Source: Betaproteobacteria bacterium
GTDB lineage: Bacteria; Pseudomonadota; Gammaproteobacteria; Burkholderiales; JACQAP01
DNA length: 64,000 nucleotides
Direction: 5' to 3'
Assembly: GCA_039930785.1 (NCBI GenBank)
Contig: JBDTTE010000001.1
Coordinates: 182 to 64,181 of the forward strand
Position 1 is the stretch's first letter. Each line of letters begins with the position of its first letter. This document shows positions 1 through 9,145 of this stretch, one piece after another. A program made the position numbers and the translations under genes. The notes beneath the pieces were generated by a model that was given only the letters and a program-made list of their open reading frames with translations, had not been told where the DNA came from and ran no database searches.

Positions 1-509
1 TCGATGCCCACTTCGCATGGACCGCCATCGAGTACGAGATCAACGGCTGCGCCGAGTTCCTCGCGCACGTGCGCGGCGGTCGTCGGTGACAGGCGCCCGA
101 AGCGGTTCGCCGAGGGCCCTGCGATGCCGCCATTGAAGGCTCTCAATAGTTGCTGCGCGACTGGATGCGATGGCACGCGTACCCCCACCGTGTCCTGCCC
201 GCCGGTGACGAGATCGCTGACGTGCGATGCGCGCTTGAAAACCATTGTCAGCGGCCCCGGCCAGAATTTTTCCGCGAGCACCCACGCCGATCGCGGCACT
301 TCCAGCGCCCAGTGCTTCAGCTCGCTGGTGTCCGCGATATGCACGATCACCGGATGGTCGGCCGGCCGACCCTTCGCCGCGAAAATTTTCCGGACGGCCG
401 CTGGATTGGAAGCATCGGCACCGAGGCCGTAAACCGTCTCGGTCGGAAACGCGACGAGGCCGCCTTTGCGCAGGATCTGGACGGCTTGCTCGATTTCCTG
501 GTCAGACAT
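1..509 (-). CDS. tsaC: L-threonylcarbamoyladenylate synthase, TsaC/YrdC/Sua5 family (N-terminal part only; C-terminus runs off the left edge)
   Basis: Manual reverse translation from the ATG (rc of 507-509) gives MSDQEIEQAVQILRKGGLVAFPTETVYGLGADASNPAAVRKIFAAKGRPADHPVIVHI...GPSANRFGRLSPT, a YrdC-domain pattern. It is absent from the ORF track because no stop lies inside the window. Confidence 0.85.
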   Translation of the reverse strand, partial: MSDQEIEQAVQILRKGGLVAFPTETVYGLGADASNPAAVRKIFAAKGRPADHPVIVHIADTSELKHWALEVPRSAWVLAEKFWPGPLTMVFKRASHVSDLVTGGQDTVGVRVPSHPVAQQLLRAFNGGIAGPSANRFGRLSPTTAAHVREELGAAVDLVLDGGPCEVGI

Positions 510-520
510 CGAAATCAACT

Positions 521-659
521 CTCACCGCGGAGGACGCAGAGGACGCGGAGGAAATCCAAACAAGAAAGTGGATGGTGATCGGCAAGCTTGATACTGAGGA
601 CACCCATTGAGAATCCCTGAGTTGTACTACTCTGCGTCCTCCGCGTCCTCCGCGGTGAG
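521..659. repeat. Imperfect inverted repeat (about 30-bp arms, 79-bp spacer) in the purC-tsaC intergenic region; MITE/REP-like element or structured RNA
   Basis: Left arm 521-550 is ctcaccgcggaggacgcagaggacgcggag. The reverse complement of 630-659 is ctcaccgcggaggacgcggaggacgcagag, matching at 28 of 30 positions. Each arm is built from GAGGACGC(R) 9-mers. Confidence 0.8.
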
Positions 660-668
660 TGCGTTTCT

Positions 669-1577
669 TTATTGCGTGAGGAGCTTGAGCGCTTCTTCGT
701 ACTTTTCGCCGGTCTTGCGCAGCACTTCGTCAGGCAGCGCCGGCGCCGGCGGTTTCTTGTTCCACTTGTGTGCTTCCAGCCAGTCGCGGACGAACTGCTT
801 GTCGAACGACGGCGGATTTGTGCCAACGCGATAACTGGCCTTCGGCCAGAAACGCGACGAGTCCGGTGTCAGCGCTTCGTCGATGAGATAAAGCTTGCCG
901 GCGGGATCCTGCCCGAACTCGAACTTGGTGTCGGCGATGATGATGCCACGCGTCGCCGCGTAAACGGCCGCTTCGGTATACAGCTGTACGGCCTTGTCGC
1001 GCACCTGTGCGGCGAGGGTTGGCTCGACCAGCTTTTCCATTTCTGCGAACGAGATGTTTTCATCGTGCGAGCCGAGTGCCGCCTTGGACGATGGTGTGAA
1101 CATAGGCTGCGGTAGCTGCTGTGCTTCCTGCAGGCCGGCGGGGAGCGCGATGCCGCAGATCATCTGCGTCTTCTGGTAATCCTTCCAGCCCGAACCGGCG
1201 ATGTAACCGCGCACGATGGCCTCGATCGGCAGCGGCTTGAGCTTTCGCACCACGAATGCACGACCTTCCACCTGGTCGCGCTCGTTGGCCGCGACCACGC
1301 TTTCCGGCGCCACGTCGAGCAGGTGATTGGGAATGACATGGCCGAGCTTGCGAAACCAGAAATTCGACATGGCCGTCAGCACGCGGCCCTTGCCAGGAAT
1401 CGGGGTCGGCAGAATGACGTCGAACGCGGACAGGCGATCGGTCTGGATGATCAGCATGCGGTCTGCGTCGATCTCGTAGAGGTCGCGCACCTTGCCTCGG
1501 TGGAGTAACCGCAGTGATTGCAAACGCGTCTCTTGCACGGCGGAATGGGTGTCCATGGAAGGGGTCTCCTGTCTCAC
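669..1577 (-). CDS. purC: Phosphoribosylaminoimidazole-succinocarboxamide (SAICAR) synthase, long form
   Basis: 302-aa ORF with [33 protein letters not shown] and later conserved blocks. Shares a 4-nt overlap with purK. The start could be the internal Met at 1556. Confidence 0.93.
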   Translation of the reverse strand: MRQETPSMDTHSAVQETRLQSLRLLHRGKVRDLYEIDADRMLIIQTDRLSAFDVILPTPIPGKGRVLTAMSNFWFRKLGHVIPNHLLDVAPESVVAANERDQVEGRAFVVRKLKPLPIEAIVRGYIAGSGWKDYQKTQMICGIALPAGLQEAQQLPQPMFTPSSKAALGSHDENISFAEMEKLVEPTLAAQVRDKAVQLYTEAAVYAATRGIIIADTKFEFGQDPAGKLYLIDEALTPDSSRFWPKASYRVGTNPPSFDKQFVRDWLEAHKWNKKPPAPALPDEVLRKTGEKYEEALKLLTQ

Positions 1578-2734
1578 GCTGCGCCGGCTGCACGGCGCAC
1601 CTGCGCCTCCGACAGCAACAGGGTCTTGATCTCGATCGCGCTGGCGAGCGCCTGGCCGACGTCATCGCCGAGCACGGTGTAATGGCCCATCTTGCGACCG
1701 GGCCTTGCCTCGGTTTTACCGTACAGGTGCAGCTTGGCGCGGCGGTGACGCAGCACGTGCTCCCATCGCGGCTCGCCGGCAGCCCACAGGTCACCGAGCA
1801 GGTTGACCATCACCGCGGGACAGTGCATCGCGGTGTCGCCCAGCGGCAGGCTGCACAACACGCGCGCCTGTTGCTCGAACTGCGACGTCACGCAGGCGTC
1901 GATGGTGTAGTGGCCGCTGTTGTGCGGCCGCGGCGCGATTTCGTTCACCACCAGGCGGCCGCCGGCCAGCACGAAGAATTCAACGCAGAGCACGCCGCGA
2001 TAGTCGAGGCGTTCCGCGACCCGGATGGCCGCCAGGCGCGCCTGGTCAGCCAGCGCCGGCGCGATGCGCGCGGGCACAATGCTTATGTCGAGGATGCCGT
2101 GCGCGTGCTGGTTCTCGGCGACCGGGAAGGTGACGACTTCGTCGTCGAAGGCGCGTGCCACCACCACGGATACCTCGCGCTCGAGCGCGAGGAATTTCTC
2201 CAGCACGCAGGGCTTGCGGCCGAGGGTGGCAAAGGCGGCGCGCACGTCGTCAGGCGTAGCCACGCGCACCTGGCCCTTGCCGTCGTAACCCAGGCGCGCG
2301 ATCTTGAGAATGCCCGGCAGCAACGGGGCGATGCGGGCGTCGGCAAGGTCGGCTTCGCTGGCGACCACCGCGAAGGGTGCGACGTCGAGGCCATTATCGG
2401 CAAGGAAAGTCTTCTCGCGGACGCGATCCTGCGCGATCGAAACAGCCCGCGCCGACGGGCTCACGATGGCACGTTGCGCCAGGAAGTCCAGGCTATCGGC
2501 GGGCACGTTCTCGAACTCCGTGGTCGCCGCCGCGCAGTGCGAGGCCATCTTGCGCAGCGCATCGAAGTCCAGGTAGTCGGCGCGCAACTGCTCGTCGGCA
2601 ACGCTGCCGGCCGGGCTGTGGTCGCCTGGATCCAGCACCATCACCCGGTAGCCCATGCTCTGCGCCGCCATGGTGAACATGCGGCCGAGCTGGCCGCCGC
2701 CGAGCAGGCCGAGCAGGGCCCCGGGCGCGATCAT
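1574..2734 (-). CDS. purK: N5-carboxyaminoimidazole ribonucleotide synthase
   Basis: 386-aa ORF with an ATP-grasp N-terminus ([13 protein letters not shown]). Sits in purE-purK-purC operon order with 4-nt overlaps on both sides. Confidence 0.93.
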   Translation of the reverse strand: MIAPGALLGLLGGGQLGRMFTMAAQSMGYRVMVLDPGDHSPAGSVADEQLRADYLDFDALRKMASHCAAATTEFENVPADSLDFLAQRAIVSPSARAVSIAQDRVREKTFLADNGLDVAPFAVVASEADLADARIAPLLPGILKIARLGYDGKGQVRVATPDDVRAAFATLGRKPCVLEKFLALEREVSVVVARAFDDEVVTFPVAENQHAHGILDISIVPARIAPALADQARLAAIRVAERLDYRGVLCVEFFVLAGGRLVVNEIAPRPHNSGHYTIDACVTSQFEQQARVLCSLPLGDTAMHCPAVMVNLLGDLWAAGEPRWEHVLRHRRAKLHLYGKTEARPGRKMGHYTVLGDDVGQALASAIEIKTLLLSEAQVRRAAGAA

Positions 2735-3261
2735 CGGCGCGGCGCTACGACGGGCAGCTTCATCGCCTTGACCTTCGCAACCTGCTTGCGGCGGAAGGCG
2801 GCGAGCTTCGCGGCGAGCCGCGGCTCATCGAGCGCGAGCATCGCCACGGCGAACAATCCCGCGTTGGCCGCGCCGGCTTCGCCCACGGCAAAGGTCGCAA
2901 CCGGTATGCCGCGCGGCATTTGCACGATCGACAGCAGCGAGTCGAGGCCTTGCAGCGCTCGCGAGGTGACCGGCACGCCCAGCACGGGAATCGTGGTCTT
3001 GGAGGCGATCATGCCGGGCAGGTGCGCGGAGCCACCGGCCCCGGCGATGATGCAGCGCAGCCCGCGCGCGGCGGCAGCCTCGGCGTAAGCGAACATGATG
3101 TCGGGTGTGCGGTGAGCGGACACTACCTTCGCCTCATGCGCAACGCCGAACGACTCGAGCATCTGCGCCGCGTGCTGCATGACACCCCAGTCGCTGTCGC
3201 TGCCCATGACGATGCCGACGCGCGGAGCGGTTTTACTGATGCGTTTTGCCTTGGTAGCCAC
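2731..3261 (-). CDS. purE: N5-carboxyaminoimidazole ribonucleotide mutase
   Basis: 176-aa ORF containing [39 protein letters not shown] and [11 protein letters not shown]. Confidence 0.95.
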   Translation of the reverse strand: MATKAKRISKTAPRVGIVMGSDSDWGVMQHAAQMLESFGVAHEAKVVSAHRTPDIMFAYAEAAAARGLRCIIAGAGGSAHLPGMIASKTTIPVLGVPVTSRALQGLDSLLSIVQMPRGIPVATFAVGEAGAANAGLFAVAMLALDEPRLAAKLAAFRRKQVAKVKAMKLPVVAPRR

Positions 3262-3273
3262 TTTCCTGCTTCC

Positions 3274-3732
3274 TTATTCGTTGCCTGGTTGCGCCTGGGT
3301 ATCGACTGAGCGCCCCGCATCCTCGGCGTAGGGGAACCGCACGTGACCATAGCGGATGACGAGAACCGCGAGCGCAATCAGAAGGACCGAGCCCGACACC
3401 GCCAGCATGCGCCAGACATCGAGATCCTTGATGTCGAGGATCAGATAGCGCGCCAGCGCGACCATGGCTATATATAGTGGAAATCGCACCGGCAACTTGC
3501 CGGAGTTGTAATACAAGCCGACCATGGTCAGCACTTCCAGGTAAAGGAACATCAGCAGCAAGTCGGCCAGCGTGACTTTGCCGTTTGCCACCATCAGTGC
3601 CACCTCGTGGTAGCCGGCAACGACGGTGGCAAGGCCGATGATGATCAGGCCGATGTTCTCGATTACCTCGAGTCCGAAGACGGCGTAGCGGGCGGTCCTG
3701 GTTTTGGTTGGCATCTGTCTGAATTCCTGCAC
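3274..3732 (-). CDS. PsiE-family (phosphate-starvation-inducible E-like) inner membrane protein
   Basis: 152-aa ORF with four hydrophobic segments. The FLYLEVLTMVGLYY...FPLYIAMVALARYLILD pattern resembles PsiE. Confidence 0.65.
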   Translation of the reverse strand: MQEFRQMPTKTRTARYAVFGLEVIENIGLIIIGLATVVAGYHEVALMVANGKVTLADLLLMFLYLEVLTMVGLYYNSGKLPVRFPLYIAMVALARYLILDIKDLDVWRMLAVSGSVLLIALAVLVIRYGHVRFPYAEDAGRSVDTQAQPGNE

Positions 3733-3884
3733 GCCCCTTCGATCGGCGGGCCGCGAGTGGGTATTTTAGTGAATGACTGCCCTGATTTCGACCCAGGCTT
3801 TCAATCTCGCGACCTCGTCCGCAATGGTATCAAGCGGATACCGCACCTGATTAGCCAGCGTGGCCGCGCCGATCCCTGCGCCGC

Positions 3885-5339
3885 TTAGGTGTGAATCCGC
3901 TCCGGTGACCTGAGCCCGTCGCCTACCTTGACGATTTTCATGGTGTTGGTGCCCCCGGGCGAACCGATCGGTTCGCCGAAGGCGATGACGATCAGGTCGC
4001 CTTTCTGCACCAGCCCGGCAGCGACGAGCTGGTCTTCGGCTTCCTGCAACAGGAAGTCGCGATCGTGCCCGACGTACTTGATCATCAGCGGAAAAACATC
4101 GCGGTACAAGCTCAGGCGATAGCGCGTGGAAACTTCAGGCGTCAGCGCGTAAATCGGCACGCCGCAGTTCAATCGCGAAATCCACAACGCCGTCGACCCC
4201 GATTGCGTCAGCGCCGCGATCGCCTTGACCTTGAGGTGATACGCCGTGAACAGCGCAGCCATGGCGATCGACTGGTCGACACGGGTGAATACGCGATTCA
4301 GGAACTCGCGCTCCAGGGTCAGCTCGGCCGACTTCTCCGCTTCAATACAGATGCGCGCCATCGATTCGACGGTCTCGACCGGATACTTCCCGCTGGCGGT
4401 TTCCGCCGAGAGCATGACGGCGTCCGTCCCGTCGAGTACCGCATTGGCGACGTCGGATACTTCCGCGCGCGTCGGCACCGGGCTCGTGATCATCGATTCC
4501 ATCATCTGCGTGGCGGTGATCGTCAGCTTGTTGCGTGCGCGCGCCGTACGGATCATGCGCTTCTGCAACGCCGGTACCGCGGCATCGCCGACTTCCACGG
4601 CGAGGTCGCCGCGCGCCACCATGATGCCGTCGCAGGAATCCATGATTTCGTCCATGGCGACAATCGCCTCGGTGCGCTCCATCTTGGCTATCAGCATGGA
4701 ATGGCCGCCGGCCGCGCGCATCAGTTCGCGCGCCATGTACATGTCTGCGCCACTTTTCGGAAAGGACACCGCCATAAAATCGGCCTTCATGGAGACGGCC
4801 GTCTTGATGTCTTCCATGTCCTTGGCGGTCAGTGCCGGCGCAGTCAACCCGCCGCCCTGGCGGTTGATGCCCTTATTGTTCGACAGGTCGCCGCCGACCC
4901 TGACCGTGGTGGTGATGCGGCTGCCCTGCACTTTTTGCACGTCGAGCACGAGGCGCCCGTCATCGAGCAGCAGCACGGCACCCGGGCTCACATCGCGCGG
5001 CAGTTCCTTGTAGTCGAGGCCGACCATTTCCTGGTTGCCCATCTTGCATTCGGCATCCAGGGTGAAGGTGTCGCCCTTGTTCAGCGTCACCTTGCCGTTT
5101 TCGAATTTGCCGACGCGAATTTTCGGGCCCTGCAGGTCGCACATGATGCCGACGGTGCGTCCCAGTGCACGCGACACGTCGCGCACCAGCTCGGCACGCG
5201 CCATGTGCTCCTCTTTCGTCCCGTGCGAGAAATTCATGCGGACCACGTCGACGCCGGCGGCGATCATGCGTGTAAGCACGTCCCGGTCGCTCGAAGCAGG
5301 GCCAAGTGTTGCAACGATCTTCGTGCTTTTTTGCGCCAT
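3885..5339 (-). CDS. pyk: Pyruvate kinase
   Basis: The ORF track gives 3885..5639, but the first 100 codons are Arg/Ser-rich junk overlapping pgk. The conserved N-terminus MAQKSTKIVATLGPASSD begins at the ATG rc of 5337-5339, giving 484 aa. Confidence 0.93.
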   Translation of the reverse strand: MAQKSTKIVATLGPASSDRDVLTRMIAAGVDVVRMNFSHGTKEEHMARAELVRDVSRALGRTVGIMCDLQGPKIRVGKFENGKVTLNKGDTFTLDAECKMGNQEMVGLDYKELPRDVSPGAVLLLDDGRLVLDVQKVQGSRITTTVRVGGDLSNNKGINRQGGGLTAPALTAKDMEDIKTAVSMKADFMAVSFPKSGADMYMARELMRAAGGHSMLIAKMERTEAIVAMDEIMDSCDGIMVARGDLAVEVGDAAVPALQKRMIRTARARNKLTITATQMMESMITSPVPTRAEVSDVANAVLDGTDAVMLSAETASGKYPVETVESMARICIEAEKSAELTLEREFLNRVFTRVDQSIAMAALFTAYHLKVKAIAALTQSGSTALWISRLNCGVPIYALTPEVSTRYRLSLYRDVFPLMIKYVGHDRDFLLQEAEDQLVAAGLVQKGDLIVIAFGEPIGSPGGTNTMKIVKVGDGLRSPERIHT

Positions 5340-5355
5340 ACGAGGATCCTTGTGT

Positions 5356-6537
5356 TTATCGGGCCGCGCGGGCCTCGAGAATTTCGACGGCGGGAAGTTT
5401 TTTGCCCTCGAGGAATTCGAGGAAGGCACCGCCGCCGGTCGATATGTAGCCGATCTGGTCTTCGATGCCGTATTTCGAAATGGCCGCCACTGTATCCCCA
5501 CCGCCTGCGATCGAGAACCCCGCTGAAGCGGCGATCGCTTTCGCCAATGTCTTCGTGCCTTCGCCGAAACGATCGAACTCGAACACGCCCACCGGGCCAT
5601 TCCAGACGATGGTGCCGGCCTGGGCGATGATGGCCGCAAGCTGCGCCGAGGACTTCGGCCCGATGTCGAGGATCAAATCATCCGCGGCCACGTCCTTCGC
5701 ATTTTTTACTGTCGCCTCCGCATCGGCCGCGAACTGCTTGGCGCAGACGACATCGACCGGGATCGGCACGCTGCCGCCCTTGGCCGCGATATCGGCCATG
5801 ATCTTGCGAGCTTCGCCGACGAGATCGGCTTCCGCCAGCGATTTGCCGATCGGCAGGCCGGCCGCGAGCATGAAGGTGTTGGCGATGCCGCCACCGACGA
5901 TCAACTGGTCGACCTTGGTTGCAAGCTGCCCCAGGATCGTCAGCTTGGTCGAGACTTTCGAGCCGGCGACAATCGCCACCAGCGGACGCTTCGGTTCGCG
6001 CAGGGCTTTGCCGAGCGCGTCGAGTTCGGCGGCCATCAGCGGACCGGCACAGGCGACCGGCGCGTACTTGGCGATACCATGCGTCGTCGCTTCCGCGCGA
6101 TGCGCCGTGCCGAATGCATCATTGACATAGATATCGCACAGCGCCGCCATTTTCCTGGCGAGCGCGTCATCGTTTTTCTTCTCGCCCTTGTTGACGCGGC
6201 AGTTCTCCAGCAAGACAAGCTGGCCCGGCTTGACGTCGACCCCATCGACCCAGTTCGCCTTTAACGGCACCGGCATGCCCAGCAACTCGGCGAGGCGCTT
6301 CGCCACCGGCGCCAGTGAATCCTCAGGCTTGAATTCACCTTCGGTCGGCCGGCCCAGGTGCGAGGTCGCCATGACAGCGGCGCCTTTGTCGAGCGCAAAA
6401 CGCAGCGCGGGAAGCGAAGCGCGTATGCGGGTGTCGTCGGTGATCGCGCCGGCGTCGTCCTGCGGCACATTGAAATCGGCGCGGATGAAAACCCGCTTGC
6501 CGCGCAGATCGAGATCGGTCATCCGCAATATGGGCAT
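5356..6537 (-). CDS. pgk: Phosphoglycerate kinase
   Basis: 393-aa ORF containing [18 protein letters not shown] and the C-terminal [14 protein letters not shown]. Confidence 0.96.
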   Translation of the reverse strand: MPILRMTDLDLRGKRVFIRADFNVPQDDAGAITDDTRIRASLPALRFALDKGAAVMATSHLGRPTEGEFKPEDSLAPVAKRLAELLGMPVPLKANWVDGVDVKPGQLVLLENCRVNKGEKKNDDALARKMAALCDIYVNDAFGTAHRAEATTHGIAKYAPVACAGPLMAAELDALGKALREPKRPLVAIVAGSKVSTKLTILGQLATKVDQLIVGGGIANTFMLAAGLPIGKSLAEADLVGEARKIMADIAAKGGSVPIPVDVVCAKQFAADAEATVKNAKDVAADDLILDIGPKSSAQLAAIIAQAGTIVWNGPVGVFEFDRFGEGTKTLAKAIAASAGFSIAGGGDTVAAISKYGIEDQIGYISTGGGAFLEFLEGKKLPAVEILEARAAR

Positions 6538-6573
6538 GGCATCAGAATTCCGTAAGCATGGTCCGGAAATCGA

Positions 6574-6616
6574 AGGGCACAGATGGACGGGCGCGCGCCT
6601 GTCGTCTCTGTGCCCT
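6574..6616 (-). terminator. GC-rich stem-loop between gap and pgk (attenuator or mRNA-stabilising hairpin; weak U tract)
   Basis: agggcacaga (6574-6583) pairs with tctgtgccct (6607-6616). The near-palindromic core gacgggcgcgcgcctgtc lies between them. Confidence 0.35.
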
Positions 6617-6639
6617 CGGGCCGAAGCCGATTGATTCGG

Positions 6640-7653
6640 TTACTTTGCGTTTACCAGTGCGACAGTGGTATCCAACATGCGATTACTGAAGCCCCACTCA
6701 TTGTCGTACCACGAGCATACCTTGACCAGTGTGCCTTCCGAAACCTTGGTCAGGGTCGAATCGAATACAGACGAGGCCGGGTTGTGGTTGAAGTCCACGG
6801 ACACCAGCGGATCCTTGTTGTATTCGAGGATGCCCTTGAGTTCGGCTTTCGACGCCTGCTCGACCGCAGCGTTGACTTCTTCCACCGTGGTCGCGCGCTT
6901 TGCGACGAAGGCCAGATCGACGATGGACACGTTGATCGTCGGCACGCGCATGGCGTACCCGTCGAGTTTGCCGTTCAGCTCGGGCAGCACCAGCCCTACC
7001 GCAGCGGCTGCGCCGGTCTTGGTCGGAATCATGGACATCGTCGCCGAGCGCGCGCGCCGCAAGTCCGTGTGATAGACGTCCGTCAGCACCTGGTCGTTGG
7101 TATAAGCATGGATCGTGGTCATCAGCCCGTTGACGACGCCGATGCGGTCGTTCAACGCCTTGACCATCGGCGCCAGGCAATTCGTCGTGCAGCTGGCGTT
7201 GGAGATGACGGTGTGGGTGCTCTTCAACGTGTTGTGGTTCACGCCGAAGACGACCGTGGCATCGACGTCCTTGTCGCCGGGCGCGGAAATGATGACTTTC
7301 TTCGCACCCGCGGTCAGATGGGCGCCCGCCTTGGCCTTGCTGGTGAACAAACCGGTGCATTCGAGCACCACGTCGACGCCCAGTTCCTTCCACGGCAGTT
7401 CGACCGGATTGCGCACGGCGCAAACCCGGATCTTGTCGCCATTGATGACCAGGGAGTCGCCCTCCACCACCACCGTGCCGGGGAATTTGCCGTGCGCCGT
7501 GTCGTACTTGGTCAGGTGGGCATTGATCTTGGCATCGCCCAGGTCGTTGATCGCAACGATTTGAATGTCATGCTTCTTTCCGCCCTCGTAGTGGGCGCGC
7601 AGAATGTTTCGGCCGATGCGGCCATAGCCGTTTATTGCAACGCGAATGGTCAT
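6640..7653 (-). CDS. gap: Glyceraldehyde-3-phosphate dehydrogenase (type I)
   Basis: 337-aa ORF with [28 protein letters not shown] and [11 protein letters not shown]. Confidence 0.96.
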   Translation of the reverse strand: MTIRVAINGYGRIGRNILRAHYEGGKKHDIQIVAINDLGDAKINAHLTKYDTAHGKFPGTVVVEGDSLVINGDKIRVCAVRNPVELPWKELGVDVVLECTGLFTSKAKAGAHLTAGAKKVIISAPGDKDVDATVVFGVNHNTLKSTHTVISNASCTTNCLAPMVKALNDRIGVVNGLMTTIHAYTNDQVLTDVYHTDLRRARSATMSMIPTKTGAAAAVGLVLPELNGKLDGYAMRVPTINVSIVDLAFVAKRATTVEEVNAAVEQASKAELKGILEYNKDPLVSVDFNHNPASSVFDSTLTKVSEGTLVKVCSWYDNEWGFSNRMLDTTVALVNAK

Positions 7654-7867
7654 TGACGATCCCCCTGGTTGAAACCGGATTTTACTGTAGACAGCCGCCC
7701 ATCACATCGTGGCCGCCGCATTGGTGCGCTGCTGAGGCCGCTTGGGCGTCGCCTCCTCGGCGGCAGCCTCCTATAGTGGATAAGAGACGACAGATCGATC
7801 ATGCAAAAAGAAGGCCGGCGGCGTCCCCCATTCCTGCACCAGCAAACGCATGGGCTAGAGATGCGTT

Positions 7868-8137
7868 TTAGCGGTTGCCGCTGTAGCGGATTTTCAGCGC
7901 GAGAATGGTCAGCGTTAACGCCAGGGTGACGGCGTTAGCCAGGATGATCGGCAGCGATTGCAGCAGGATTCCGTAATACAACCACAACATAATGCCGATG
8001 CTGAATATCGTGAACATGCGCGCGGAGATATCCCGGCCGGATTTGGTGCGGTACATCTTCAGGACCTGCGGGACGAAGGCAATCGTCGTCAGCAGGCCGG
8101 CGAGCAAGCCGATGACGTTGATGAAAAGAGTATTCAT
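7868..8137 (-). CDS. SemiSWEET (PQ-loop) sugar transporter
   Basis: 89-aa ORF with three TM segments. The PQ motif (AFVPQVLKMYRTKSGRDIS) and the ILANAVT...KIRY tail are typical of bacterial SemiSWEETs. Confidence 0.8.
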   Translation of the reverse strand: MNTLFINVIGLLAGLLTTIAFVPQVLKMYRTKSGRDISARMFTIFSIGIMLWLYYGILLQSLPIILANAVTLALTLTILALKIRYSGNR

Positions 8138-8155
8138 GTAGTTGGCTCGACTTCG

Positions 8156-9103
8156 TTAGAAAAGTGTGGCCAGGCCGCGCAGGGCCGGGGTCTGCGCGAG
8201 GATCACATAGGTTGGCACGGCTGCAACGTACGCCGAAAATCGACCCTTGGTCTCGAAGCTTTTACGAAACGGCGAACGCGCAAAATAATCCCCGAGCCGC
8301 GGCACGATACCCCCGCCGATGTAGCAACCTGCCCTGGCGCCGAGGACAACGACGAGGTTCGCGGCCGCCGTGCCGAGGATCGCACAAAACATTTCGACCG
8401 CCGCCGAGCACTGCGCATCCGTGCCGGCGAGCGCGGCTGCGGTGATCTTATCCGGCGTCAGTGGCGCGGGCTGTACGCTATCGAGCGCGCACAATGCCTG
8501 GTAGAGATTCTCGAGGCCCATGCCGCTCAACACGCGCTCCATCGAGACGTGCTCGTAGCGTTGCTGCAACCAGAGCAGCACCCGGGCCTCGCGTTCATTC
8601 ATCGGGCTGAATGCCGTGTGACCGCCCTCACCCTTCAACGCGACGTAGCGCCCTCCCGAGGGAATCAGGCCCGACACGCCGAGACCGGTGCCGGCGCCGA
8701 TGACGGCAATCGGGGTGCCGGCTACGGCAGTACCGCCGCCGATGCGTTGCAGTTCCTGCGGCGTCAGCGCCGGTACGCCGAGCGCGAGCGCGGTAAAGTC
8801 GTTGACGACCTGGAGCCGATCGAGTCCGAGCGCGACGCGCGTCTTCTCGATCGAGAAACCCCAGGGACCGTTCGTGAGCTTGATGAAATCGCTGGTGGGA
8901 TCGACGGCGACATCCACCGCGGCTTCCTTCACGACCGGATTTCCGTGGTCCCGCAGATACTGTCGCGCCGCAATTTCGAGGCTGGGAAAATCCGCGCATT
9001 GCACGGTTTTCTCGTGCAGCGGTTCGAGCGAACCGGGTTCGACCAACGCGAACCTCGCGTTGGTTCCACCGATGTCCACGACCATTCGCATCGCTTGCGT
9101 CAT
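8156..9103 (-). CDS. glk: Glucokinase
   Basis: 315-aa ORF with a ROK-less Glk N-terminus (VVDIGGTNARFALV) and later GGGIVPRL. Confidence 0.9.
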   Translation of the reverse strand: MTQAMRMVVDIGGTNARFALVEPGSLEPLHEKTVQCADFPSLEIAARQYLRDHGNPVVKEAAVDVAVDPTSDFIKLTNGPWGFSIEKTRVALGLDRLQVVNDFTALALGVPALTPQELQRIGGGTAVAGTPIAVIGAGTGLGVSGLIPSGGRYVALKGEGGHTAFSPMNEREARVLLWLQQRYEHVSMERVLSGMGLENLYQALCALDSVQPAPLTPDKITAAALAGTDAQCSAAVEMFCAILGTAAANLVVVLGARAGCYIGGGIVPRLGDYFARSPFRKSFETKGRFSAYVAAVPTYVILAQTPALRGLATLF

Positions 9104-9145
9104 ATGCGTGTCCTCAACACCCTACCCGCCCGTCTTGGCGGTGAA

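Noticed and set aside
1514-3088. 524-aa plus-strand ORF
   Set aside because: It is antisense to purK/purE. It has an Arg/Ala/His/Gly-rich composition with no recognisable motifs, which is typical of GC-driven shadow ORFs. The opposite strand carries well-conserved genes.
4065-5630. 521-aa plus-strand ORF
   Set aside because: It is antisense to pyruvate kinase and pgk. It is an R/H/D-rich low-complexity translation with no motifs.
5340-5639. 100-codon N-terminal extension of the pyk ORF (similar extensions on dnaA, topA, yidC, atpD, msbA, phaZ, GST, LivK/M/F-like, MdcDE-like)
   Set aside because: The extensions overlap upstream genes or intergenic DNA and have junk-like composition. In each case the conserved protein N-terminus begins at an internal ATG, which I verified in the sequence.
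7775-7783. 8-of-9 DnaA-box match (AGTGGATAA) between gap and SemiSWEET
   Set aside because: It is an isolated single site with no neighbouring boxes or AT-rich tract, which is compatible with chance.
7844-7868. 8-bp hairpin (aaacgcat/atgcgttt) right after the SemiSWEET stop
   Set aside because: The stem is short, the loop is 9 nt and there is no U-tract on the transcribed strand. That is not enough to call a terminator.
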